A program made the position numbers and the translations under genes. From a virus (Duplodnaviria; Caudoviricetes), in IMG/VR virus record IMGVR_UViG_3300037524_001870, positions 1-44,184 of that record: a stretch of DNA of 44,184 bases; one strand, written 5' to 3'. The notes beneath the pieces are model-generated. The model saw only the letters and a list, made by a program, of their open reading frames with translations, had not been told where the DNA came from and did no database searches. Shown here one piece after another: positions 18,823 through 27,968 of this stretch. Numbering within the stretch: the first letter of the stretch is position 1; each line of letters starts with the position of its first letter.

Positions 18823-20367
18823 ATGGAGGCAAAACCAGTTTCTCGTTTGGTAGTAGATGCAAGATCAGTATCAACCCCTTTAGTTGGCATAGAAACTTTC
18901 GATCCAAGTGAGACAATTCGCGAGGTAACAAAGGCTGTATTCGAGGTCGAACCAAACATTCCTGTCTTTAGATGGGACTTGATCTCTGGGCTGAAAGCCG
19001 TAAACGAATTGGCTGTTTCTGCTCTGCGTCAAGTATTTGGAGGCGACTTAGAGAACTTGCAGGCAATGACATCCAATCCTGCTGAGTCCCTTAACTTGAT
19101 GGTGAAGTTTCCGGGCGATTCTCTGATTTTCTTCTTGAACGCTCACCGGTACTTAGAGCCTACCCAACAGGGGAGCGAGGCTGTTTCTCAGGGCATTTGG
19201 AACCTTCGAGACCTGTTCAAGAGCAATGGCTCAACCCTTGTATTGCTTGGGCCGTCTTTCATGTTCCCTCCGGAATTGGCACAGGACATTATCGTGTTTT
19301 CCGAGGAACTGCCTGACGATTCTAGGTTGATGGACATTGCAGCGAAGGTGTGTGAGGCGGCTGGCATTGGCGACATCGAAGAAGATGACGCTTTGAAGAT
19401 CGCTTCTGCCCTTCGAGGTCTTCCTGCTTTTCCTGCTGAGCAAGTGGTTGCAATGAGCATCGAGAACGATCGAGTAAATTTGCCTTCTGTTTGGAAGCGC
19501 AAAAAGTCCAGCATCGAAAAAACTCGTGGACTTACATTCTGGGAGCCTCAGTTTACTTTCAAAGACGTCGGTGGTTCTGAGGAAATAAAAGCTTTCGACG
19601 CAGCGTTGTTTTCTAGCGCTCAATCGCCAAACTGTATTGTCTTCATTGACGAAATCGAAAAGCTTTTTGCTGGTGCGTTTGGTTCTGGTTCTGACACATC
19701 GGGCGTTAGTCAGGATCAACTCGGCGTGATGCTCAGCACAATGGAAGACAATCAAATTTGTGGGAAAATCCTCGTTGGACCTCCCGGAACAGGAAAAAGT
19801 CAGTTCGCTCAGGCTGTTGGGAAAACATTTAACGTGCCAGTAATCAAGATGGATCTTGGCGCAGTTAAGGGCTCACTTGTTGGGCAGTCTGAAGCTCAGA
19901 TGCGAGCCATGATGAAAACGGTTTTGGCTGTTGGTGGAAACAAAGCTTACTTTTTTGCGACCTGCAACAAGTTGGAAGCCATGCCCCCAGAATTGCGACG
20001 ACGGTTTCTCGACGGCATTTGGTATTTCGATATTCCAAACCCACAAGAGCAAGCGTCTATCTGGAAAATTTGCATGTCCAAGTATGGGCTAAAGGCGCAG
20101 GATCTTCCCGAGTACTCGAATTGGACTGGAGCTGAGATTCGAAACTGTTGCTTTCTGGCTTACAGACTTGGAAAACGACTGACTGAAGTTTCCCGATACA
20201 TTGTTCCCATCATGATTTCGGATCCACAGTCAGTAGAAAAACTTAGAAATACTGCCGACGGAAGATATTTGTCTGCTTCGTATGCCGGACCGTATCAAAA
20301 GGACAAGTCAGTAATGCCTGAGTACGAGGAAGCCGTGCGTCGCATGAGAAAACGTTCTTCAAAATAA
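18823..20367 (+). CDS. Ycf46-like AAA+ ATPase with permuted motif order
   Basis: N-terminal degenerate AAA module (WD...GL, PPEL); F.DVGG; IVFIDEIEK; GPPGTGKS; ATCN; PPELRRRF. Confidence 0.85.
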   Translation: MEAKPVSRLVVDARSVSTPLVGIETFDPSETIREVTKAVFEVEPNIPVFRWDLISGLKAVNELAVSALRQVFGGDLENLQAMTSNPAESLNLMVKFPGDSLIFFLNAHRYLEPTQQGSEAVSQGIWNLRDLFKSNGSTLVLLGPSFMFPPELAQDIIVFSEELPDDSRLMDIAAKVCEAAGIGDIEEDDALKIASALRGLPAFPAEQVVAMSIENDRVNLPSVWKRKKSSIEKTRGLTFWEPQFTFKDVGGSEEIKAFDAALFSSAQSPNCIVFIDEIEKLFAGAFGSGSDTSGVSQDQLGVMLSTMEDNQICGKILVGPPGTGKSQFAQAVGKTFNVPVIKMDLGAVKGSLVGQSEAQMRAMMKTVLAVGGNKAYFFATCNKLEAMPPELRRRFLDGIWYFDIPNPQEQASIWKICMSKYGLKAQDLPEYSNWTGAEIRNCCFLAYRLGKRLTEVSRYIVPIMISDPQSVEKLRNTADGRYLSASYAGPYQKDKSVMPEYEEAVRRMRKRSSK

Positions 20368-20378
20368 GGGGGTGCAAA

Positions 20379-20711
20379 ATGCCTTGCGATCAAATAATTA
20401 CCACTTCGCTTGATTTGTTTGTTGCAAATACTGATCGGCTTGAATCAGCGCTTCAAATTCTTGGGTTTCAGACAAAGAAAACTCCAACCGGATTTTCTAT
20501 GCGCCACTCACAGAGTTACATTTCAGGGTACTACAACAAACAAGAAGGCCTCGTGTTGCAGACGTCGCAATACGCATCTCGCGACAACAAGTCTCTTGTT
20601 TCTGAAATTCGAAGAAAGTATAGCGAACTCACTGTCAAAGATGCAGCAAAAAAGTTCAAGTGGAATGTGACGCAAACTTCGGCGAACAAATTTGTTTTAA
20701 GGAAAATTTAG
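20379..20711 (+). CDS. DUF1257/Ycf35-like protein
   Basis: L..AL..LGF and ..Y....V...AK motifs; usual neighbour of Ycf46-type ATPases. Confidence 0.55.
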   Translation: MPCDQIITTSLDLFVANTDRLESALQILGFQTKKTPTGFSMRHSQSYISGYYNKQEGLVLQTSQYASRDNKSLVSEIRRKYSELTVKDAAKKFKWNVTQTSANKFVLRKI

Positions 20712-21278
20712 ATGAAGAAAGGTTTGAAGCGCTCGGCTTTGGTGAAAATGGTTCTCACCGAAAGGTCTGCTAAGTCTGCCAGAATTTCTAGGGCAAGAAT
20801 TTCTAGGTACAATGCAGCAATAAACGATGTGCCAGAGCCAGAGTTAGCTTACGAGTCTGAAATGCTTTTCGATGAAAGCGCAATCGAAGTTTTGCCTATA
20901 GAAACAATTACTGCTAGATTGCCTTACGCTGCAAGCTCAAAGCAGTTTGGATCTGGTCATGTAGAAGTAACATTTAGCACGCTCAATACGATTGACATGC
21001 TGGAATACTTTTTCTGGACGAAAAAGTGCCTCTATCTTGCTCCTTTTGACAACCTTGGGTCGGTGCGTGTTTATTGCAGCACTCATGGAAACAACGCACC
21101 TTGTACCTGTTCTACGTTAATTGCCGTATTCTGGTCCTCAAAAATTAGGGAGAAAAAAGTTAAAACGATTGCTGATTTGCACGCTACGTCGAGTTTACTC
21201 AATTCAAATGCAGATTCGTCTTTGTCACAATCCACTTTACGAAAATTCAAGCTAAAAGGGGGCGCCAATGAAAGCTGA
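20712..21278 (+). CDS. Hypothetical protein
   Basis: 188-aa ORF filling the operon gap. Confidence 0.55.
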   Translation: MKKGLKRSALVKMVLTERSAKSARISRARISRYNAAINDVPEPELAYESEMLFDESAIEVLPIETITARLPYAASSKQFGSGHVEVTFSTLNTIDMLEYFFWTKKCLYLAPFDNLGSVRVYCSTHGNNAPCTCSTLIAVFWSSKIREKKVKTIADLHATSSLLNSNADSSLSQSTLRKFKLKGGANES

Positions 21279-21480
21279 CGAACTTCAAATCGAAATTCTC
21301 GAAGACGGGACAATCAAAACAACTACCAGTAAAATTTCAATGGCAAACCACAAAGCTGCTGATTTGTTTCTTGAAATGTTGGCAAAGGAACTTGGAGGCT
21401 CAGTAACAAAACAGAAGCGCTCGCAAAAGTCGGGACACGTTCACACCGGATTGTCGCACTCTCACGATCACAGTCATTGA
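21268..21480 (+). CDS. DUF2997-like small protein with His-rich tail
   Basis: IEILEDGTIK...LAKELGG pattern; GGGGG SD. Confidence 0.55.
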   Translation: MKADELQIEILEDGTIKTTTSKISMANHKAADLFLEMLAKELGGSVTKQKRSQKSGHVHTGLSHSHDHSH

Positions 21481-21501
21481 CGTTTTGAAAGGAGGCTTGC
21501 A

Positions 21502-22440
21502 ATGGACAAGACGAGTTACGAGTTGAAGGGAAATGTTGTCACACTGTTTATGCACTTTCGGAAGCCGACAACCAGCAGAAAGGCAGACATTGAAGAGGGT
21601 AATTTCGAGGACGTTGACATCTCGATGCTGCGACTGAGCAAAGAGATTATCGATTCTCCCGAGTTGAAGAAAATCGAGTCCTACGACAGCCAGACGTATA
21701 CCTATGTAAAGCGAGTGAGTATGCCTTTCCTTGAGGGTATGCGAGGTTTCTACACTCTGTACCCTTCGCAGGTTGAAAAAATTCACGACTATTTGACCGA
21801 GCGTTCTGAAGGTCGGAAAGTTTTGATCAACGCTTTTATCGAAGAGTATCCTCGCTTGGTTTTGGAGGCCAAGAAAAGACTCGGGAAAATGTTTGAACCG
21901 GCAGACTATCCTGCTCCTGAAGCTCTGCCAGATTCCTTTGGCGCCAAGTGGCGATTTGTCTCAATCGACGTTTGCCCGGAACTGAAGGACATCGACGAAA
22001 AAATCTGGCGTGAACAAAGTATTGCAATGAAGAAGGACTGGGAAGATCTCTGGTTCACTCTGCGTGAAACGTTGCGAATTAGCCTGAAGAAAATGCTGGA
22101 TCACTTCAGCGAGACATTGCGCGGGGAGAAGGACGGAGTTCCCAAGCGATTCAAAACTACGACGATCGAGAAAATTCAAGAATTTTTGTCAACGTTCGCG
22201 ACTCGCGACATCACAAACGATGCTGACTTGGAATCTGTTGTCGAAGCAACCAAGGCTTTGCTCGGAAGTTTCGATCCTGAGGATATTCGATATTCCTCGA
22301 AAGACTCCGACGATGTGAAGCAAACGGTTGTTGATGTAAGGCAAGCCGTGGCTTCCGGCTTCGAGGAAATCAGTTCCGTTTTGGATTCTCTGCTCAAGGA
22401 AAAGGAAATTCGGAAGTTCAAGAAGCAGAGAGCTGCGTAG
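21502..22440 (+). CDS. DUF3150-like phage protein
   Basis: F.EEYP, LG..F...DYP and DITND..L motifs; AGGAGG SD. Confidence 0.6.
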   Translation: MDKTSYELKGNVVTLFMHFRKPTTSRKADIEEGNFEDVDISMLRLSKEIIDSPELKKIESYDSQTYTYVKRVSMPFLEGMRGFYTLYPSQVEKIHDYLTERSEGRKVLINAFIEEYPRLVLEAKKRLGKMFEPADYPAPEALPDSFGAKWRFVSIDVCPELKDIDEKIWREQSIAMKKDWEDLWFTLRETLRISLKKMLDHFSETLRGEKDGVPKRFKTTTIEKIQEFLSTFATRDITNDADLESVVEATKALLGSFDPEDIRYSSKDSDDVKQTVVDVRQAVASGFEEISSVLDSLLKEKEIRKFKKQRAA

Positions 22441-22448
22441 GCAATAGC

Positions 22449-22495
22449 AATAGGCGTCCGACAACTAAAAATTGTCGGACGCCTATTTCCTTTTT
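22449..22495 (+). terminator. Rho-independent terminator
   Basis: Perfect 16-bp stem AATAGGCGTCCGACAA/TTGTCGGACGCCTATT, 7-nt loop, T-rich tail. Confidence 0.85.
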
Positions 22496-22514
22496 GCCAC
22501 TGCATGGGGGTTCA

Positions 22515-23573
22515 ATGCGCAGTCGATACTTCGATACATTCGAACAGTTTTTGAATTCTTCATCCAAAGTTGTTCGTAGAAAGTGCGAAGTTTTTGCAAA
22601 ACATTATCCTTTTTTGGACGCCGATGATTTGTATCAGGAAAGCAGTGTAGTTCTGTACGCGCTTTGGAACGAATACCCTACGGTGACAAAATCCGAGCTT
22701 CTTAGATTGGCTTCTGTAGCGACAAAGAGAAAACTCATATCCAAGTCCAGACCAAAAATGTCTTCGTCAGAATACGTAGAAATCCAAGACGATGATTTGG
22801 TTTTCAGCCCAATCGATGACGTGGAATCAACTCTCGACATAGAAAAGTTTTTGAGCTATCTGCCCGACTACCTCTCCGAAATTCTGAAAGAAATGGTTTT
22901 CCCTTCTGTAAAAACTTTGAACGCACTGCGTATTTTATCTGACACGAAGAAAACAAGAAATTGGTTGACGCTACTTCCGGAAGCTGTTCGTTTGAGTCTC
23001 GAATGTGACGAAGAGGTTTTTGATGCACGATTTCGAAAACTAAAAGTTTTAGTTCTAAACTTTGTCAAGGAAGAAAAAATGCCAACAATTAAGGACTATC
23101 TTGACGACCCGTTGATAAACGATATTCCGACTCGTGAAGACATCATAAGGGCTTTGACTCCTCAATCCATAAAACGTTCTCTGTATAATGCTGAGTATGA
23201 GCGAGAACGAAAAGCTCGGCTTACAGCAAAGTCGGCAGTGAATAGTACTAGGGCAAAGCGTAGCGGAGTCAGGCACCCACCAGAACACATCATGGTAAAG
23301 CCCGGCGTAATGGCTACAGCTTTGGCTTTGATGCTAAAGCGAGGGAGTGTTGGGTTTGAAGTAGACGAAATCGTTGAAATTCTCAGCGAGATTTTCCCGA
23401 AACGCTCGCGAAAAGGTTTGCGCCAGACAGTGTATTTGATGTCCAGAGGAATTTTGCCGAACGGCCAAAGAATGGAAGTTGTGAGCAACGCAAACAATCG
23501 TCGAGTAATCAAGCCAGCCTCTGTTCCAAAAAATGTAGGAAAAAAACCAGCAGCAGACATCAGCAACTACTAG
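22515..23573 (+). CDS. Sigma-factor-like protein (region 2-like N-terminus) with extra C-terminal domain
   Basis: DADDLYQES...LW resembles ECF sigma region 2; DIEKFLSYLP resembles the start of region 4. Confidence 0.5.
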   Translation: MRSRYFDTFEQFLNSSSKVVRRKCEVFAKHYPFLDADDLYQESSVVLYALWNEYPTVTKSELLRLASVATKRKLISKSRPKMSSSEYVEIQDDDLVFSPIDDVESTLDIEKFLSYLPDYLSEILKEMVFPSVKTLNALRILSDTKKTRNWLTLLPEAVRLSLECDEEVFDARFRKLKVLVLNFVKEEKMPTIKDYLDDPLINDIPTREDIIRALTPQSIKRSLYNAEYERERKARLTAKSAVNSTRAKRSGVRHPPEHIMVKPGVMATALALMLKRGSVGFEVDEIVEILSEIFPKRSRKGLRQTVYLMSRGILPNGQRMEVVSNANNRRVIKPASVPKNVGKKPAADISNY

Positions 23574-23581
23574 GAGGTTTT

Positions 23582-23875
23582 ATGGATAATGATGAAGCAC
23601 AAATGAGTCTTGAAAGGTGGTGGCAGAGTAGACGCATTTCTTTAGGTCTAATGCTTTACTGTGGAGTTTGCTTCGGCATTCTGTTTCAGTCGTGGAAAAG
23701 TTCATTCACAATTTTTTCCATTGTGCTAATCTGTTTATTTTTACTGAGTGGATTTTTTGCTTTGTATTTACACTTTGTCGAAGTGGGTGTTGAAAAAGAG
23801 ATAATGGAAAAGTTGCTAACGGAGGACAGAGATGCCGAAAAAGAAGCCGGAAGTAGCTCCGAAGATAACAAGTAG
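23582..23875 (+). CDS. Two-TM membrane protein
   Basis: AGGAGG SD; two hydrophobic helices and an acidic tail. Confidence 0.65.
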   Translation: MDNDEAQMSLERWWQSRRISLGLMLYCGVCFGILFQSWKSSFTIFSIVLICLFLLSGFFALYLHFVEVGVEKEIMEKLLTEDRDAEKEAGSSSEDNK

Positions 23876-25025
23876 CCCTTGTTCTGAATGCCCTCTGAAC
23901 AGCAACATAAAAGTTTTACCTTGCATTCCGAATAATCCAAAGTTTTTTGCTTTAGGTTTGGCTCCCGGAGCTACTGAGGAAATCACCGGAATCGGATTCA
24001 CAGGAAAAGCCGGGGACCTTCTACGGTCGACTCTAAAACGTGCAGGTGTAAATCCAGAGAGGGATGTAGCCTACGCAAACTTAACCAGATGTCGACCAAT
24101 AGAAGACAAGTTTGACTCTTCGTGGAAAAAAGCTCAGCGAAGATGCTCCGAGTACATGTATGCCGACTTGAACAAATTTCCGTCTCTGCCAATTCTGGCT
24201 ATGGGATCAGACACTGCCAAAGTTATCCTTCAAGATACAAAACTTCAGATAACAAAAATTAGAGGCGTGTGGTGGCTAACTCCCCATCCAGAAAATCGCA
24301 GAGTTTTTCCGACGCTGCATCCTGCTGCTATTCTACGTTCAGGTGCTGAAGAGTGGCGACGTCAATTCGAAAAAGACATCTTCACTTTTTGCAAACGAGT
24401 TCAAGGCTCTGACAATTTACCCGACATAACCATAGGAATATTTGAACGAGTAGCTGATGCCGAAAATGTTATAGACCTGTTGGTTCAGTCCGGAAGTACG
24501 TTTGCTTTTGATATTGAAACTTACGACTGCTACGAGACTCCATCCAGAAAAGCTGTCTCAACAAATCCTTTTCACAAGGACTTTCGAGTACGTGGTCTTG
24601 CAGTGGCCTATAACAAAAACTCTGGGTTTTGGATTGACTTCAAAGCCGACGAGGACAACAAGGAAGAGTGCAAAAGAATACTAAACAAACTTTTCATGTC
24701 GTCTCAACCCAAGTGGGCTTTCCATGGAAATTTTGACGAAGAAGGTTTGATCTATCAGGGTTGGGTGGATGGAATAAACAACAGATCCGGAGACGGACTT
24801 CTGGCTCTGATTTCTCTCGGTGACGGGCGACGGGCTTCCAATACGCTAGAGCGTGCCGTGATGGAAATTCTAAACGAATCTTCCTACTGGGACGTTGACA
24901 AGAGTCGCATGGCCGAACACCCAACTTCTGTGGTTGCAGAGGGTGCGGTTCGTGACGCAGTGAGCACATTCAAGCTTGTGAAAATATTGGAAGCGAAACT
25001 GAAGAAGGGAGAGTACTGCCCATGA
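23832..25025 (+). CDS. Uracil-DNA glycosylase (family 4/5-like, Fe-S) fused to a PolA-type 3'-5' exonuclease; N-terminal part of a split DNA polymerase
   Basis: CSECPL, GLAPG..E, F.GKAG, CRP and HPAAILR (UDG); FDIET, HGNFD and RDA (Exo I-III). Confidence 0.85.
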   Translation: MPKKKPEVAPKITSSPCSECPLNSNIKVLPCIPNNPKFFALGLAPGATEEITGIGFTGKAGDLLRSTLKRAGVNPERDVAYANLTRCRPIEDKFDSSWKKAQRRCSEYMYADLNKFPSLPILAMGSDTAKVILQDTKLQITKIRGVWWLTPHPENRRVFPTLHPAAILRSGAEEWRRQFEKDIFTFCKRVQGSDNLPDITIGIFERVADAENVIDLLVQSGSTFAFDIETYDCYETPSRKAVSTNPFHKDFRVRGLAVAYNKNSGFWIDFKADEDNKEECKRILNKLFMSSQPKWAFHGNFDEEGLIYQGWVDGINNRSGDGLLALISLGDGRRASNTLERAVMEILNESSYWDVDKSRMAEHPTSVVAEGAVRDAVSTFKLVKILEAKLKKGEYCP

Positions 25026-26605
25026 GAATCGGGGACTACTACAAAAATATTCTGGTTCCGGCTAATTCTGCCGTGTCGGCAATTAGACGTGCTGGAATTC
25101 CAATGTCAAAAAATAGGTTGGCTCAGACCTTCAAGGCTTTCAAAAAAGAAGTTGAAGCTTTGAAAACACAGATTGCCGAATCGGCTTCGAGATTTGGTAT
25201 CGACATGACGTTCAGTATTGCAGACCGACCAAGCGATACTGCTTTGCGAAAATACTTGTATGGGAAAAAAGGTTTGAATCTGGAATGCACTGTTCTTACC
25301 GAGAAAACTTCTCAGCCTTCCGTAGGCTCTGAGGTTCTTCGGGAGTACGCTTGCTTGGTCAATCCCCGGGACGATGATTTGCAAGAGGTTCGTGATATTT
25401 TGAAACTCAAGTCACTGACCAGAGCAATAAGCACAAACATTATTCCATTTTATGCTGCAATAAAATCCGACGGCTGTATTCACCCTCAATTCAACTGGGC
25501 TGTCGTTAGAACTTCGCGCATCAGTGCTAGCGATCCTCCTGTTCACCAAATTCCTGAAAAGTCAGACAAGGAAGTTGCAAAGGCCTTGAAGTCCTGCATA
25601 GTCCCCCGAATCAAGCCTGCTGACAAAGAGACTTGGAATCCAAAAATTCATGGGTCTGTATTTCGGTGGGATATATCGGGCGCCGAGATGGCTGTTCGGG
25701 CTGCCATGCTTACTAAGCTTTTGTGCAAAACAAGCAACAATACTTTGTGGGACTACATAAGAAACGGCAAAGATATTCACGCTCGCACTGCTGCTGTTTT
25801 GTATGGCGTCCCAGAGGGAACATTTACTAAGGGCGATTACGAGCGAGATGCTGTCGGCAAGCAGACAAATTTTGCATTGCTTTATGGTGGAAGCTCCTAC
25901 ACTCTAAAATCAACTTTGTGGAATAGGGCTCGTATTCGAATTGACGATGAAGAAGCCGAATTGAGACACAGCAGATTTTTCGAGGGGTATCCTGAGTTGT
26001 CCGAGTTGATGGAATTAGACAAGGCACTTCTCGGGAAAAACCATTACTGCGAAGATGGCTATGGCCGTAGACGATGGATTGACTATCCAGAATCTGCCCG
26101 ATTTATCGGATTTCGTGGTGGGCGAGCTATCTGGAATGTCGCTTTCGAGGACCGTCGCGCTTTGGATCACGCTTTCCATACTTGCGCCAATACTCCTACT
26201 CAAAGCATGTCGGCTACTGATAATTTGTGGATGCTTGCTTTGATGTATCACGGAGAATACGTGCCTCTGTCTGCGGCTCCCATGTGGGGTGGTCGTTCCG
26301 GCGTTTTGTTCCCAGAGGCAGCTAACTGGAGATTTCACGAAGGCCCCGGACCTAATGGTAAACCTTTTTTGGCTTGGCATACAAATACAGTTCACGACTC
26401 AGGGTGGGGTGATTGTGCTCCGGGATTTTTGGAGCCGGTAATGAAAGTTATTGCTCGCAGATGTACGGCAATTCCATTTGATTGGAGATTGACAGCAGAC
26501 GTACCATATCGAATAGATTTACAAGTTGGCCCAGATATGGGGAATCTGATGGACTACAACGAGGCTTCTAAAATATTCGGGCTGGAACCCATGCCTGTTC
26601 GCTAG
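25022..26605 (+). CDS. polA: Family A DNA polymerase, polymerase domain
   Basis: RTSRIS..DP..HQIP; motif A DISGAE; DIH; motif B KQTNFALLYG; NTPTQS; motif C VHDS. Confidence 0.9.
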   Translation: MRIGDYYKNILVPANSAVSAIRRAGIPMSKNRLAQTFKAFKKEVEALKTQIAESASRFGIDMTFSIADRPSDTALRKYLYGKKGLNLECTVLTEKTSQPSVGSEVLREYACLVNPRDDDLQEVRDILKLKSLTRAISTNIIPFYAAIKSDGCIHPQFNWAVVRTSRISASDPPVHQIPEKSDKEVAKALKSCIVPRIKPADKETWNPKIHGSVFRWDISGAEMAVRAAMLTKLLCKTSNNTLWDYIRNGKDIHARTAAVLYGVPEGTFTKGDYERDAVGKQTNFALLYGGSSYTLKSTLWNRARIRIDDEEAELRHSRFFEGYPELSELMELDKALLGKNHYCEDGYGRRRWIDYPESARFIGFRGGRAIWNVAFEDRRALDHAFHTCANTPTQSMSATDNLWMLALMYHGEYVPLSAAPMWGGRSGVLFPEAANWRFHEGPGPNGKPFLAWHTNTVHDSGWGDCAPGFLEPVMKVIARRCTAIPFDWRLTADVPYRIDLQVGPDMGNLMDYNEASKIFGLEPMPVR

Positions 26606-26643
26606 GCGTTTGAGGTAGGCGGTTGACGTGTGGGAAGCGCCGA

Positions 26644-26673
26644 TAGATAGACTAGTCTAGACTAGTATATCTA
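26644..26673. repeat. 30-bp near-perfect CTAG-rich palindrome
   Basis: TAGATA-g-ACTAGTCTAGACTAGT-a-TATCTA. Confidence 0.85.
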
Positions 26674-26693
26674 GTACCGGGGGATGTGGGGGC

Positions 26694-26722
26694 TTGACAA
26701 ACGTTTTCGGCTGTGATACACT
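26694..26722 (+). promoter_or_regulatory. Sigma70-type promoter P3
   Basis: TTGACA, 17-bp spacer, TACACT with TG extension. Confidence 0.82.
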
Positions 26723-26752
26723 CGTCGGACTTCGTGAAAGAAAGGGGAGGCT

Positions 26753-26992
26753 ATGAGATCCAAGAAAGCAACAATATCGGCCGAGTCAAAGAGAACGTTT
26801 CAAGTAAAACCTTACGAATCAGAGACAGTAACTGTAGGCTACACGTACGAAATTGATTTGAACGAAAACTCTTCACCGGAAGACGGATCCAGTATTCAAG
26901 ACAAAATTTCTGCGTTGCAAAAATCTCTTTCTAAGCTCTGTGATTCTTTGGTCGCCGAAAGATTGGCTCAACACAAGAAGAAAGGGGGCTGA
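26753..26992 (+). CDS. Hypothetical protein
   Basis: GGGGAGG SD; RTF...PYES motif seen in small phage proteins. Confidence 0.7.
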   Translation: MRSKKATISAESKRTFQVKPYESETVTVGYTYEIDLNENSSPEDGSSIQDKISALQKSLSKLCDSLVAERLAQHKKKGG

Positions 26993-26994
26993 CT

Positions 26995-27345
26995 ATGGGA
27001 CAGAAGTTTGCAGCAAGAGAAATGTTTTTGTTTTCAAACGGGGCCATTGGCTGGCGGCCGGGAGGCCCTTTCGATTGCTTGGGCCCCTATGCCAAGATCA
27101 AAAATTGCCCGATAGGCGGAACAAAGCTTCGCAGGACGGCTTACGCAACCAATTACGCAGACACGTATTTTTCCGTCCCTGCTTGCACGAGGATCGGGGG
27201 GAAATACATTTCGGGATTTTTTACTACCGATAGCAATGTCGAGGGTGGTGTTGTTTTCTGGCCCGACTTGAAAGGCAAAAGCAAGATAGATAGCAAGTGG
27301 ATTGTGGATTCAGGAACTTGGACCTCTGCTTGTACGGCCCCGTAA
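26995..27345 (+). CDS. Hypothetical protein
   Basis: GGGGG SD; DTYFSVPA motif. Confidence 0.7.
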   Translation: MGQKFAAREMFLFSNGAIGWRPGGPFDCLGPYAKIKNCPIGGTKLRRTAYATNYADTYFSVPACTRIGGKYISGFFTTDSNVEGGVVFWPDLKGKSKIDSKWIVDSGTWTSACTAP

Positions 27346-27406
27346 CTTTTATGTAACCGTCACGAGGCATCCGGGTTGCAGCGATAAGCATTTTGAGGGG
27401 GTCGAA

Positions 27407-27955
27407 ATGATCGAAGATGAACCAATATCTTTTCGTCTACTAGATCGAGATTACTCTGAGGATCTTCAATCACAACTGCATTTTGAAAACGATATTGACT
27501 CTGTGAATGTAGCCTTGGTTGAACACTCCAAGGTTTTCGCACATTGGTTAATGCTTGAGAACGCTGCAAGAGAGGAGGCAGAATCTAAGAAAAACGAGTT
27601 GGCATTGTTGGAAGCAAAGCTTTTCGAAGTGTACGAAACCAAACTATCTCAAGAGCAAGACAAGAAGCCAACGCTAGACAAGATCAAAGGAAAAATTATT
27701 CGAAATACAAAACACGTCGCTTTGAAGCAAGAAGTTGCTAAGTCGCAGAGTGTTTTGTCAAGGATAACTGTCGGTCGTCAAGCTCTTCAATCAAGAAAGG
27801 ATTGTCTCATAGAATTGGCGAGAAATATGCGAGCCGAAATGGAATACAATCTTTCAGTTCCGAAAACTCCAATCGGGAGGGTAGAGTTGGCAAAGAAGAG
27901 AGCAAACGATTTTCGGGCAAAGCTGGCTAAAACAAAAAGAACGTCAACAAACTAA
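27407..27955 (+). CDS. UvsY-like coiled-coil recombination mediator candidate
   Basis: Helical protein with KPT...IK..I and RKD.LI.LA..MRAE motifs, immediately upstream of the SSB; GAGGGG SD before ATG 27407. Confidence 0.55.
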   Translation: MIEDEPISFRLLDRDYSEDLQSQLHFENDIDSVNVALVEHSKVFAHWLMLENAAREEAESKKNELALLEAKLFEVYETKLSQEQDKKPTLDKIKGKIIRNTKHVALKQEVAKSQSVLSRITVGRQALQSRKDCLIELARNMRAEMEYNLSVPKTPIGRVELAKKRANDFRAKLAKTKRTSTN

Positions 27956-27968
27956 GGAGGTACTGAAT

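Noticed and set aside
18662-18853. 63-aa ORF, and the 16298 TTG start in the ORF track
   Set aside because: They run across or begin in consensus promoter boxes; better SD-led starts exist at 18823 and 16379.
26623-26653. Second promoter TTGACG...TAGACT upstream of P3
   Set aside because: The spacer would be 19 bp (or 15 bp to TAGATA); poor geometry.
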